DNA of 28,575 bases from a virus (Duplodnaviria > Caudoviricetes), in IMG/VR virus record IMGVR_UViG_3300023214_000434, positions 1-28,575 of that record; one strand, 5' to 3'. The notes beneath the pieces were generated by a model. It was not told where the DNA came from, did no database searches, and saw only the letters and a list, made by a program, of their open reading frames with translations. This document shows positions 1-10,270 of this stretch, in pieces. The first letter of the stretch is position 1. Every line of letters starts with the position of its first letter. A program made the position numbers and the translations under genes.

Positions 1-25
1 CGGGTACTTTCGTGTCTTTTGGCAT
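1..25 (-). CDS. Probable 5' end of a gene running off the window (MPKDTKVP...)
   Basis: ATG at 25 on the minus strand after an AT-rich leader, co-directional with the late operon; only 8 codons visible. Confidence 0.35.
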
Positions 26-83
26 AATAGTAAATTATATTAAGGGTTAGTTAAAGTAACAATTCGTTTTCCAAAGATTCAAC

Positions 84-1646
84 TTAAAAATCAAAGTCTG
101 CATATAAGTCAATAATAAATGTATCTGTTGGTAAAAATTCTACAGGACTGCTTTCTGTTATATTTAAATATATTCTTTTGGTATTGGTTAAATCAATAAT
201 TGTATCAATTCGCAATTCTAACTCATCATCAATACCTGGTGCAAATATTAAACCTTGGCCTGAGGTGATCCCACTGTAAATAATCTCGTCTGGAGTTGAA
301 TCGGTGTATTCTTTAATAACCTCAAGATCTAAATCAATAGATTCTGTATCACCAGAGATTCGTGATGATTTAAACAATAACATTGCTAACCGCAAGTACC
401 TATTATTATCAAATTCAGTTATGTTAAATGGATCATCGAATGTTAGTCCGTTGTTTACATATCCTGTTGCAGGTCGAACAATATCTTCTGTGCCGGGAAT
501 AAACATCTCCCAGTCTTCTGAACTAAGACGCATTTGTCTAAGGCCAACTTGATCAGAGTCTGTAAAAGGTATTATTGTCATAAAATTAGAACGGGGTGGG
601 GACGGCTGTGTTCCAATAACTTTTTCACCGGTTAGCTTGTTTAAAACGGAGATGCCGGCGCCCACAGCATGTAAAACAAAAAGAAACCCGGATGGTTCTT
701 TTTCTACCGACATCTCTTCGGTAGCTACGCTACCAAAAGATCCGCTTAGCACATTATCGTTTTCCCATAAAAGCTCTGGGTTTTGACCGGCATTATCTAA
801 TTGTAGGCAGGCTACCCTTGATGTTCCTACACCAAAATCCCAGGAATAATACAATCGGTTGTCATTGTCCATTATAATCTCTGTAGTTGGCGTAGAGTCT
901 TCAAATGTTTGAGGTAATAATAAAATCCATTCGTTATTAAATGTCGCAAGATCCCATCTACCCATATAAATCTGTTCATTGCTATCGTTTTCTGACCATA
1001 CGCTATAGAAAAAACCATCTTTTACAAAAAAAGATTGAAACGTTACAAATGTTACTGGCCTTCCTGCCAATAAATCATTACTTACCCCAGTTTCTTTTGT
1101 ATTTACGTTAATAGATGATACTTGAAGTTTATCTGCAATAACATTGACTATCGTATATATGTTTTCATTTTCTAAAACATAATTCGCACCTGATGAATCC
1201 GTGTCATAACTATGCTGGCTTATAAACTCCCCTGTTTGCATGTCATATATCTTTATTAAATTTTGCCCTGCTGCAATCCACACCTCATTATTTTCTTCAT
1301 TTAAGGCAAAACCTAATATATTTGATGTTTCCATCAAAAGTATCTCTAAAGAGAAATCAAAATAATTTAGTTTGTATAAAGGTCCTTGACCACTTAATAC
1401 ATATAAATTCTGGTTGCTATCTATATCAAATCCCTCATGAAAGCCTCCTAAAAAAACATCACTGACAAATCTTTTTTTGAATTTTCCGGTTTGATTATCG
1501 TATTCTGCAAACCAATAAACAAAGTCATTACCATCATCAGGGGTTCCCGTGGCCCAAAACTGCGTTCCGTCTCTAAACCCTTGATTAAACTTTAACCGAG
1601 TGAATACTGAGTTAATTTTATTTATTTTTGTTTTACTTTTAATCAT
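84..1646 (-). CDS. Acidic beta-propeller-like putative virion protein, 520 aa
   Basis: Repeated short beta-strand blades (GFDIDSNQNLYV, GFALNEENNEVWIA, IIMDNDNRLYY); lies in the late operon. Confidence 0.6.
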   Translation of the reverse strand: MIKSKTKINKINSVFTRLKFNQGFRDGTQFWATGTPDDGNDFVYWFAEYDNQTGKFKKRFVSDVFLGGFHEGFDIDSNQNLYVLSGQGPLYKLNYFDFSLEILLMETSNILGFALNEENNEVWIAAGQNLIKIYDMQTGEFISQHSYDTDSSGANYVLENENIYTIVNVIADKLQVSSINVNTKETGVSNDLLAGRPVTFVTFQSFFVKDGFFYSVWSENDSNEQIYMGRWDLATFNNEWILLLPQTFEDSTPTTEIIMDNDNRLYYSWDFGVGTSRVACLQLDNAGQNPELLWENDNVLSGSFGSVATEEMSVEKEPSGFLFVLHAVGAGISVLNKLTGEKVIGTQPSPPRSNFMTIIPFTDSDQVGLRQMRLSSEDWEMFIPGTEDIVRPATGYVNNGLTFDDPFNITEFDNNRYLRLAMLLFKSSRISGDTESIDLDLEVIKEYTDSTPDEIIYSGITSGQGLIFAPGIDDELELRIDTIIDLTNTKRIYLNITESSPVEFLPTDTFIIDLYADFDF

Positions 1647-1654
1647 TACAAATA

Positions 1655-4600
1655 TTAAAGTCTCCTCGCTGCAATTCTTTTGTGTACAGTATTTTGAAAA
1701 CTATTTGTTGTGTTTCCAGTATTGTCTATAATCTGCTTTCTCCCTCCGGCATCAGTAGCATCAAAATCATATTCAGCTAAAAGGCCGGTTGCAGAACCTA
1801 AAACAGTATTCATATTATCCGCTATCTGCGTTGGGGTGCGCTCAACATTCCATATTCTTGGAAGTTGTATAAGACAATTAGTATGATCCGTATTATTATA
1901 GTCAGAGCCAAATCTAACAGGTTGATTATTACTGTGGATAGAAACTTGCTCTGCTGGGGTAATCTCATTATCTATAACGCCATTTATATAAATCCTCATA
2001 CGGTTATTCGACTTAGAATAAGAACCAGCATAATGAAACCATTCTCCAAAAGGCACGGGGTTTGTTGTAAATATAACGTTAGGTGTTGCAGAACCTCATG
2101 CGTTTGCTGTTACAAAACGGCCTTCATGTTCCCCTGACCTAAATTTAAGCCACGCAAACCAAGATCTTGTTGCGCCGTCAAAAAACTTATCCATTATAAT
2201 ACCATTCGTAAAGCCTATCTCCATAACAGCTATCCAACACTCAATGGTTATATCATCCGTTATGGAGTCAAAAACCGCATCATCATGATCTATCTCCCAA
2301 CCATTACCAGCAAAATCAGCTTTTATGTAGAGTGAGTTCTTTAAAACACCTGATTCTTCTCCGTTAGATTTATGAAAATCACTACTAATACTGGATGAGT
2401 TGACAGTAAAGTTTAGTTTTTTATCTTGTGCCGGATTTAAGGGATCATTAAAGTCTGTAAGAAATTTCAAGTTTTTATCTGCTTGGTCTACAACACTAAA
2501 AGCCATTTCAGTAATTTCTAAGTCAGTCTTAACTTCATCGTAAGCAACCACATCAAATAGCTCTCCTTCAAAAAACCTGTTTGATGCATCCGAATCTTCT
2601 CCACCTACAAAGAAATCACTTACAGGCATATAAGAAATACTACCTATATTTTGTGTAGCTTTTAATTCTCCGTTTACATAGAGACGTAAATCAGAATTAT
2701 CATAAGTTACTGCTACGTGTCGTTGTTCATCTGCTATAGGGAAAAGACCACCTTGTGTAAACCATACAGAAAACTGAGTTCCAGCATCGTTTTTTACTAC
2801 AAAAAGTGCTTGGTCTGTTTGTACACGAAGAAGAAATTGCTGATCATTCGTATCATTTTTATTAAACTTTCCTATAATTCCTTGTCTAATAGCTGAGTTT
2901 TGTAAATTAAAAGAAGCTTCTATAGTAAAGTTTTGCCCAAGGAAATTTAATAAGTCTCCATTATAGTTAATATTATTATCGTTACTATCCTTAACCATTC
3001 TTAGGTCTTTTCTTTGATAGAATGGAGTAATTGGATAAGCTCCAAGGATACCATTAGATATTGAGTGCGTACCTACTAAGGCACTTACTTGGTCATTAAC
3101 TGTTCCTTCTGATAAGTCCTCAAAATCCCAATAACCTAATAGTCCAGAAGCCTGAAAGTCTTTATGTAAAACGGCATTCCACATTTCTTCTTTAGTTAAA
3201 ACCTTATCCCATATACTCAAATTATCTAACTTACCTATAAACTGCCCTATTTTACCATTACCTGAACCTGTGTTAACAGCGGTATTTGTAGTTGTTGTAG
3301 AAGCAACTTCATCCCCATCAACATAAAGTTTCATTTCTCCTGTGCTTCCATCAAAGGAGCCTCCAACTAATTTCCAATTATCATTAGTTATATCATTAAA
3401 ATTAATATTGTAGGTAAGGGTTTTATCTTCTCCAGAACCTTGTACACGGAGGAAAAGATCTTCAGAACCATTAAATCCAAGCTCTATACCAAAAGCAGCG
3501 TCAACTAACCCTTCTTTGTAAATAGTAGCGTTGGTTCCAACAGCACTATCAAGAGTTACTAATGCTTGTATAGTGCATTTTTCACCTATATCATATATCC
3601 CGTCTAAGTCCATTCTATTACTTTCCGAGCTGTTAAAAAACGCTAATGAGTTATTGTCAATTCCAAACTCTTGTATAGCCGGTGTTCCCGAAACAATTGC
3701 ACTTAGCGGTGATTCGTTATCACTTGTATCAACGGCTGAAACCTGTATATCATAACTAACTCCGTTAGTAAGTCCTGTTACCTGGTAAGATGTTGCAGTT
3801 ATTACAGAACTATTATCTTTAACACCATTAACGTATACATTATATCCAGCCAAATCCGGTTCACTATTTGCATCCCAAGAGCAATCTAAAGCTGTATCAC
3901 CCGGTATAACCGTAAGCCCGGTTGGTGTTGCTGGGGCTAACGTGTCTTCTATCACTTCACTTACAATAGCACTTAGCGGTGATTCATTATCGAAATCATC
4001 AACGGCCGAAACCTGAAAATCATAACTGGCCCCGTTAGTAAGTCCTGTTACCTGGTAAGATGTTGCAGTTATTACAGAACTATTATCTTTAACACCATTA
4101 ACGTATATATTATACCCGGCCAAATCCGGTTCACTATTTGCATCCCATGAAAGATCTGCCGATCCGTTTTCCCCAACAGCAACCAAACCCGTTGGCGCGG
4201 CCGGGGCTATATCATCTGCCATTACAGAAACGGCTTGTGCTTTAGAAGATTCGTTATCGGATGTATCAACATGTGATACTTCGTATGTATATTGCTGGCC
4301 AACAGTAAGCCCGGTTATCTGAAATGTTGTAGATGTTGTAACACCTTGAAAAACCCCATCTAAATAAACACGTGATTCTTTAAAATCACTATCAGCCGAT
4401 GCATCCCAAAACAAATCAGCAATACCATTAAGGTCATTAACAGTAAAATTAACAGGTGCGGCCGGGGCAACGGTATCCTCAATGATCTCTGATACGGGAT
4501 CACTAAGGGCACTTTCATTACCATCGCCATCAACAGCCGACACCTGAAAATCTACGGTTGTATTATTGGTCAATCCAGTTGCTTGGTAGCTCGTTCCTGT

Positions 4601-5392
4601 TACAAGAGAACCGTTGTCCTTCACCCCGTCTACATACACATTATAGCCGGCCAAATCCGGTTCGCTGTTTGCATCCCACGATAAATCCGCAACAGTGTCT
4701 GCACCATCTGCCGAAAGCCCCGTAGGAACAGCCGGGGCTATGGTATCTGCAACGGTTTCTATGATATCAGATATTCCGCTTGTAGCTGATAATTCATCAA
4801 TAGCTTGTACTCCAAATGTGTATTGCTGTCCGTTAGTTAGTCCGGTAAATGTAAATTGTGTTTGTGTTGTCCGGTCAACTTCAACCCCGTCTAAATACAA
4901 AATATATTCAAGGAGATTACTGTCATCTACAGCATCCCACGTTAATACAGCTTGCTCGTTTTCAGCAGTAACACCTAAATTTGTTGGATCAGCCGGGGGT
5001 TCATTAGCAAATACTGATAAAACATCTGTTTTTAAACTTTCAACACCTGATGGCAGCACTCCAACAACATAGTAGTAATACGTGTCCTGCGTTAAGTCAT
5101 TATCTTGATACATCTCAACACCCACACCAAGCTCAACGATCATTGTGAATGTTTGGTTGTCGGTTGAACGATATACCCTGTAGTTATCAAATTCGCCACG
5201 GGCAGTCCATTCAAGGGTTATGTCATTTCCTACACCTGTAACATCAAATCCTTCAAGGGCAAAAGCGCCGGTCGTATAGTCAACTGTAAATCTTGTTTTT
5301 GTCTTTTCAAAAAATTGGTTAGCTCTAATAATTTTAGTAAAGGTATTAGATGCTCGGTAGATTTTTGTGAATATTTGTCTAAGGTATGCCAT
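1655..5392 (-). CDS. Large FN3-repeat plus LamG/concanavalin-like virion protein, interrupted by one in-frame TGA at 2096-2098
   Basis: About six FN3 repeats (APAAPTGL..LSWDANSEPDLAGYNVY..YQVTGLTNG..VSAVD) then three LamG-like domains. ORFs 2096..5392 and 1655..2056 are in the same frame, separated by TGA plus 13 sense codons. Confidence 0.8.
3699..4147. repeat. Near-identical tandem FN3-coding DNA repeats, 270-bp period
   Basis: 3699-3877 vs 3969-4147, including a 76-bp identical stretch (3762-3837 = 4032-4107); a more diverged copy near 4510-4680. Confidence 0.9.
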
Positions 5393-5781
5393 TAATCATC
5401 TATTATAACAAAAGGCCCCTTGATTGGCGTAAAAAGCTCACCACCCCCATCAGTTATTTGTATATCATAGTAATACTCAAATGGCTCACTTATTAGACTG
5501 GCAAAATCCGCCGGGGGATGGGTTATTAAAAACTTATCAAAAACCCCGGCCGCTGCACCCTCAACGCTCTGCTGTACTTCAAAATTTCCATTTGGTATAG
5601 TTACAGCAACAGTACCACCGCGCCGGTCTTTAATCTCCATCACAAAAGTCATACCTGTAAAATCAAAAGGATTTCCGTCTTTATCCTGGCTTTGGTTTTC
5701 AAATTTAAATGTGTCCGTGCGGTTGTGGCGTATACGCTTGACAAGCGGCTGGTCGGGATTCACAGGTTCAAAAAATGGCAT
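5392..5781 (-). CDS. Small BppU-N/Ig-like virion adaptor protein
   Basis: Pattern DKDGNPFDFTGMTFVMEIK...YYYDIQIT...IKGPFVI resembles phage BppU-N-like domains; stop overlaps the start of the FN3 gene. Confidence 0.55.
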   Translation of the reverse strand: MPFFEPVNPDQPLVKRIRHNRTDTFKFENQSQDKDGNPFDFTGMTFVMEIKDRRGGTVAVTIPNGNFEVQQSVEGAAAGVFDKFLITHPPADFASLISEPFEYYYDIQITDGGGELFTPIKGPFVIIDD

Positions 5782-5783
5782 AA

Positions 5784-7529
5784 CTATATTGTTTCTGTTA
5801 AGGGTACCCGATTACCAGCAAATACATCATTGAGTGTAGACGGGCTTTTTTCATTATCAGAATATACCTGATTTTTAGGTATTCTTCCATAATCACTATG
5901 TTGGGCCAATTCTCTTTTCTCTGATTTCCTGGTAACAGGGTTTAACGCTCCAAGTAAAAAGTATTTTGTTTTATCAAAAGCGTGATCAGGTATGCCCGGC
6001 CCCTGCTTTATATCTTCAACATCCCGGTCATCACTTACCAAACTTTTAAGCTCGTTTATAGTATGTGGACAAACACTTACTTTTTGCCTTTCTTCACCGC
6101 CAACCGTTTTATAATAACAACCAAAATACAACTTTGGTTCTGTTTCAAAATCCCCGGTATCTTCATTTACTTTGTAGTGCAACGCATTACCCACAGCTAT
6201 CGCACCTTTACGCCGGTCATTGATACATTCTACTAACTTTATACCATACCTGTTCCAAAATATATCCGATAATGTAACATCATGAGACATAATCGAATAC
6301 CGGTTTTGGCGTGCAAACGCATCTTTACCAGCAATTACATACTCCGGTAAAACAATCTTGTCTTTCGGCAACCACCGGCAGTTTTTTATATCCTCGTATA
6401 TATCGTCTACATGATCTTCAAGTCTTTTTTCTTTTTCATAGTAATCAGTAAGCTGATACTTTTTACCATCAGGGCTTATCGCATACAGAGAGAACGAACA
6501 ATAATCCGCACTACCCGGGTCAAGGCCGCCTACTAAACGCCAATGGCTTGGTACTATGCCCCCGTAGGGTAAAAATAGTTCATCAAGATCAACCTCGTGT
6601 ATATAGGGCACAATCTGGTACTTCAGTCCTGCAAAGGCGTAAGGGTCTCCGTCCATATAAGCCGTGCGGTAAGGCTCAGGCAACCGCTTCAACGAACGTA
6701 TGTATTCCGGGTTTTCCCGGTATCCAATCTTATTATCCCGCCAATCCGCAAAAATAAATGCAAAATCATCTGGATCTTCAACATACTTAACTTTCTTTTC
6801 TCCGGTTTTTAAGTCTTTAACAACCTCGGTCTCAAAACCATCTAATGTTCGTTCTTCTGATTTTTCATGCGAACAACCTTCCCAAAAATGAGAAACAAGA
6901 TAGTTGTGCCCAGTATCACCCCAATTAAAACACAACATAACTTTCGGTTTATAATAATATTGTTCATATAGCTTCTTGAGTTTCTTCCTTTCAGCATCGG
7001 AATCCGCAATTCTCATTTGTTTTTTAATACGGCTTCGAGCGTTTGTAGCAATTGCCGATGGCCGGCATAAAGAAGGGAAATATTTTAATTCGAAATCTGT
7101 AAACTGTTGGGCTTCATCAACCAAAACCATGTCAAAACCCTTACCATTATGCTTACGTATATCAGCAGGCCGGTTAATCTGTATAAATTTTAACACAGAT
7201 CCGGTTTCTTTGTAAGTAAACTGTTTGTCATTTGAATTCCATTTTACTTTGCCAAGCTTTATGAAATCCTGCATTTCAGTTTTGATCGGTTCAATATGCA
7301 GATCTTTTAACTGGTCATATTCCCGCGCAAAGATGGCGGCATGTAACGGACGAGCCATTAAGTGCAGGCTTGCGATACTTCGAATATTCCAGCTTTTACC
7401 GCCGAATTTGGCAGCACCATACCCGTTAACCGTTTTTGCTGCAAAAGGAGCCATTAAATCCCAAGCCTTTTCCTGTTTAGGTTGCGGGTAATACGGCCAA
7501 ATAATCTCTGTTTTATCGCTTTTACTCAT
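5784..7529 (-). CDS. terL: Terminase large subunit
   Basis: Walker A-like GAAKFGGKS, Walker B MVLVDEAQQF, RNase H-like nuclease motifs GGLDPG and PDHAFD; ATG at 7529 preferred over 7553. Confidence 0.9.
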   Translation of the reverse strand: MSKSDKTEIIWPYYPQPKQEKAWDLMAPFAAKTVNGYGAAKFGGKSWNIRSIASLHLMARPLHAAIFAREYDQLKDLHIEPIKTEMQDFIKLGKVKWNSNDKQFTYKETGSVLKFIQINRPADIRKHNGKGFDMVLVDEAQQFTDFELKYFPSLCRPSAIATNARSRIKKQMRIADSDAERKKLKKLYEQYYYKPKVMLCFNWGDTGHNYLVSHFWEGCSHEKSEERTLDGFETEVVKDLKTGEKKVKYVEDPDDFAFIFADWRDNKIGYRENPEYIRSLKRLPEPYRTAYMDGDPYAFAGLKYQIVPYIHEVDLDELFLPYGGIVPSHWRLVGGLDPGSADYCSFSLYAISPDGKKYQLTDYYEKEKRLEDHVDDIYEDIKNCRWLPKDKIVLPEYVIAGKDAFARQNRYSIMSHDVTLSDIFWNRYGIKLVECINDRRKGAIAVGNALHYKVNEDTGDFETEPKLYFGCYYKTVGGEERQKVSVCPHTINELKSLVSDDRDVEDIKQGPGIPDHAFDKTKYFLLGALNPVTRKSEKRELAQHSDYGRIPKNQVYSDNEKSPSTLNDVFAGNRVPLTETI

Positions 7530-7679
7530 GAATATCATTCTAAAGATTATCAACTATAAAAGCAATATTTCACTCTCAGAAATTTTTTCTCTTTTCGAAA
7601 CCAATTTCTAACCAGCTTTAGTATATATATATATTCTATATTCTATATCTATATCTATATGTGCTAAAAAACGTAAATT

Positions 7680-7890
7680 TGTTAACCACCGATATAAAAA
7701 TGTTAACATATAACCACTAAATGTTAACATGTGCACACAAGGCTGTCCTACTACTATATACGTACGTATAAGGTAGTATTGCGTTTACCGAATTTACGTG
7801 CAGAAGAGGTTACATTTTATGTTAACATATATAGTAGAGATGTTAATATTTTATACAATAATGTTAACATTCCGGCGCTTTATGATAACA
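7680..7890. repeat. Two arrays of palindromic TGTTAACA-type iterons with 21-bp period flanking a central palindrome
   Basis: Motif starts at 7680, 7701, 7722 and 7820, 7841, 7862, 7883; palindrome at 7749-7778; AT-rich microsatellite at 7622-7660. Confidence 0.85.
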
Positions 7891-7938
7891 TTAGAATTTA
7901 AACTTTTTACAAAGTTTTACAGAATATTATTTGAATTT

Positions 7939-8580
7939 TTAGTATAGACCTGCGAGCATATTATATTCATGAAAAACATCATCTCCTTTTTCTTCGAGCT
8001 TAAAATTCAAATACCGATAGGTGTCATCTATGTTTGAATGTGCAAGCTCAATTTGTACCATCCGCATTGGCTCTATACGCCTTCCCTCTTTAGCTTGTTT
8101 TACCCAATAATCATATACAGCATTGGCAAAAGTTTTACGCATCGAGTGAGTGCCAATTTCTTTAGTCTCTATGCCAACCTTTTTGCATACCCTGTTAATA
8201 CAAACCCTAAATGTTTCTGCTGATATAGCACCACCTTTTTCAGACATGAAGCATTTAGATGATTTGTGTACTGTCCATCGGCGCATAAGCTCATCATACC
8301 AATGTGATAAATAAAGCTTTGTTTCTGGAAAGATCTTTTTAGGTGGCCGGGACTTCCCGCCTTTCATATTACGCTTCTGGACTTTTATTTTATCGTATGG
8401 ATCTCCAATTTCATTATATACGTCTTTAACCCTTAAAGACAGAATCTCGTTTATTCTAAAACCAGTTGATATTCCAACTGCAAATATTGCCCTATCCCGG
8501 TTACCGTATTCTTCGGTTTTAAACCCCTCAAACATTAATGCTATTTCTTCCTTTTCAAATGGTCGACATGCTTTATTCAT
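7939..8580 (-). CDS. Tyrosine recombinase, catalytic domain only, 213 aa
   Basis: R (TGFRINEIL), K (MKGGK), HxxR (THSMRKTFA), H (LAHSN) and Y (TYRYL) all present. Confidence 0.92.
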   Translation of the reverse strand: MNKACRPFEKEEIALMFEGFKTEEYGNRDRAIFAVGISTGFRINEILSLRVKDVYNEIGDPYDKIKVQKRNMKGGKSRPPKKIFPETKLYLSHWYDELMRRWTVHKSSKCFMSEKGGAISAETFRVCINRVCKKVGIETKEIGTHSMRKTFANAVYDYWVKQAKEGRRIEPMRMVQIELAHSNIDDTYRYLNFKLEEKGDDVFHEYNMLAGLY

Positions 8581-8583
8581 AAT

Positions 8584-9234
8584 CTAATCCTCATCAATTT
8601 CAAGTTTTGTGTCATCATTATCTGGGCGTGTTGTCCACCGATCTAATGCATCAGGTAGTTGTGTTGTGTTAGGATTTAAAATATTTAACTGGTTATGCTC
8701 ATTTTTCTGGTTAATTTCTAACTCTTTATGCTTCTGAGCACCGGTTACCTTCCCAAGCTCTTTAGCTGATTCGGTAAAATTCTTTAGATGCCTGGAATCC
8801 CCGGAATTTGTTTTGGTTGTTTCAGTAACCTCCTCTTTCGGGTTACCGTATTCGTCTACATAATTTTTAACTTTGATTGTCTTTTCCGGCTTTTTAGAAT
8901 CATGCCAGGCCTTTAAAGACTCTCTTGCTGATAACCGGTGCATACGGACAACCTCATCACGAACCTCGGTAAGATCCTCATCCCGTGCCTTATAACCAAT
9001 TTCCATTATATGTTTTATATCATCCTCTATAAGCTGTTTTCTTTCCCCTAACGTGTGGGCTATAAAATCAGCTTCGTAGCCAAGTAATAAATAATCTAAC
9101 ACCTCATGCCTGCGTCGGTCAACCTCTCTTATATCGGAAAGCCGGGTAGGGTATGATTTATCAGGTTTTTCCTTTGAACTAAAGTTGTCATTATTGTTAA
9201 CGGAACTCTTTTTATACCAATGTTTATAACTCAT
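8584..9234 (-). CDS. Putative terminase small subunit (HTH protein)
   Basis: HTH-like segment (RRHEVLDYLLLGYEADFIAHTLG..LIEDDIK), helical middle, first gene of the late operon upstream of terL. Confidence 0.6.
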   Translation of the reverse strand: MSYKHWYKKSSVNNNDNFSSKEKPDKSYPTRLSDIREVDRRRHEVLDYLLLGYEADFIAHTLGERKQLIEDDIKHIMEIGYKARDEDLTEVRDEVVRMHRLSARESLKAWHDSKKPEKTIKVKNYVDEYGNPKEEVTETTKTNSGDSRHLKNFTESAKELGKVTGAQKHKELEINQKNEHNQLNILNPNTTQLPDALDRWTTRPDNDDTKLEIDED

Positions 9235-9329
9235 AATATTGTATTTAGTTAATGCAATAATGTAATAAACACTCAGAAAAATTCCTTATATCATGTCTCC
9301 TATTATATTTTTGGCCCCCATATATAAAC

Positions 9330-9560
9330 AACCCCTCACCCCGTCCACGGAAACTCTCATATTATTGCTATTCAGCGTACGATTATAACAACAACCACAC
9401 CGCACTCAACGCACCCGGGGGGTGCCCGCACGCCCGCCGCCCCGGCATTATGCGTACACACGCAACACGCTAAGCACAGGCAAACTGCACGCAATACACA
9501 CATGCATGTTGGCTGGTTTCTGATCACTTCAGCACCCCGATAGGGGAGAGGAGGGGATTC
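9330..9560. other. Candidate packaging site / physical genome end
   Basis: GC-rich, C/A-skewed non-coding tract with inverted repeat GCACCC-GGG-GGGTGC (9411-9425) and several CACGC repeats, upstream of terS at the strand switch. Confidence 0.4.
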
Positions 9561-10155
9561 ATAAAAAAACAAACCCCTAAAACTATTCAACTTTACATAA
9601 GATAAATTATACAACGCAATTTCACGGGTAAAGACACGCACGAAATTGTGGGAAACATGACTTGAATTTCTGAAACGCACAATTTTGTGTACACAAAATT
9701 TTGTTCAAATCTCACTGACAGGATATCGAATGACTGTATTGGAACAATACTGTCATTGTCATAGAATTGTACGAAGCGAATAAAGGCTATACACCCCGAT
9801 TTTTGACTAAAATTTTGTCCAAAACGCACGTGAAGCACAATTCTTTGGGCATTAGCCCAAAAGTGCACAAAATTGGCTTGAATCGTGTGATTTCACATAA
9901 TGCAGGAACACACATCACAAGCCTATATCGCACGTTTAATGGATCTTTGTCCAAAAATTCTATTCATAGAATCTTGTGCAATCGCCGAATAAAGGCAATA
10001 GAGCCTACTTAGGGCAAAGCTGAATAAAGCAAATCAGAATTTATGTTATTTTCATAAGAAAAATAACATATATCGAGTCAATACCCGATATGCCACCAGT
10101 AATATAATGTTTCTGTAGAACCTTTGGTTCTAAAAAGGCATTAGAGTTTTCTAAC

Positions 10156-10185
10156 TTGACTTTTGCACAAAAAAATTTGCAGTTT
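10156..10185 (+). promoter_or_regulatory. Early promoter variant with dyad operator
   Basis: TTGACT-N18-CAGTTT containing TGCACAA-N4-ATTTGCA; same architecture as the copies at 11735, 13527, 15667 and 16947. Confidence 0.6.
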
Positions 10186-10270
10186 GAATGCAGTTCGACA
10201 CGGCAAACGCAATGTTTCGAGCGATGCATCTACGATGCAGTTTTAAACCTTAACGCAAACAGCAAACGCT

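Noticed and set aside
3699-4147. DGR template/variable repeat pair
   Set aside because: Differences are not confined to adenines, both copies are in-frame FN3 domains, and there is no reverse transcriptase in the window
304-7491. Plus-strand short ORFs over the late genes
   Set aside because: Antisense shadows of well-supported minus-strand genes
7749-7778. Protelomerase telRL site (core resembles TATACGCGCGTATA)
   Set aside because: The perfect dyad is only 14 bp, and the adjacent enzyme is small with an ordinary HxxR motif
7680-7890. CRISPR array
   Set aside because: Repeats of 8-10 bp with a 21-bp period are too short; no cas genes
7939-8580. Recombinase as the integron integrase for the attC-like array
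   Set aside because: Only 213 aa, no visible IntI-specific insertion, and about 18 kb from the array
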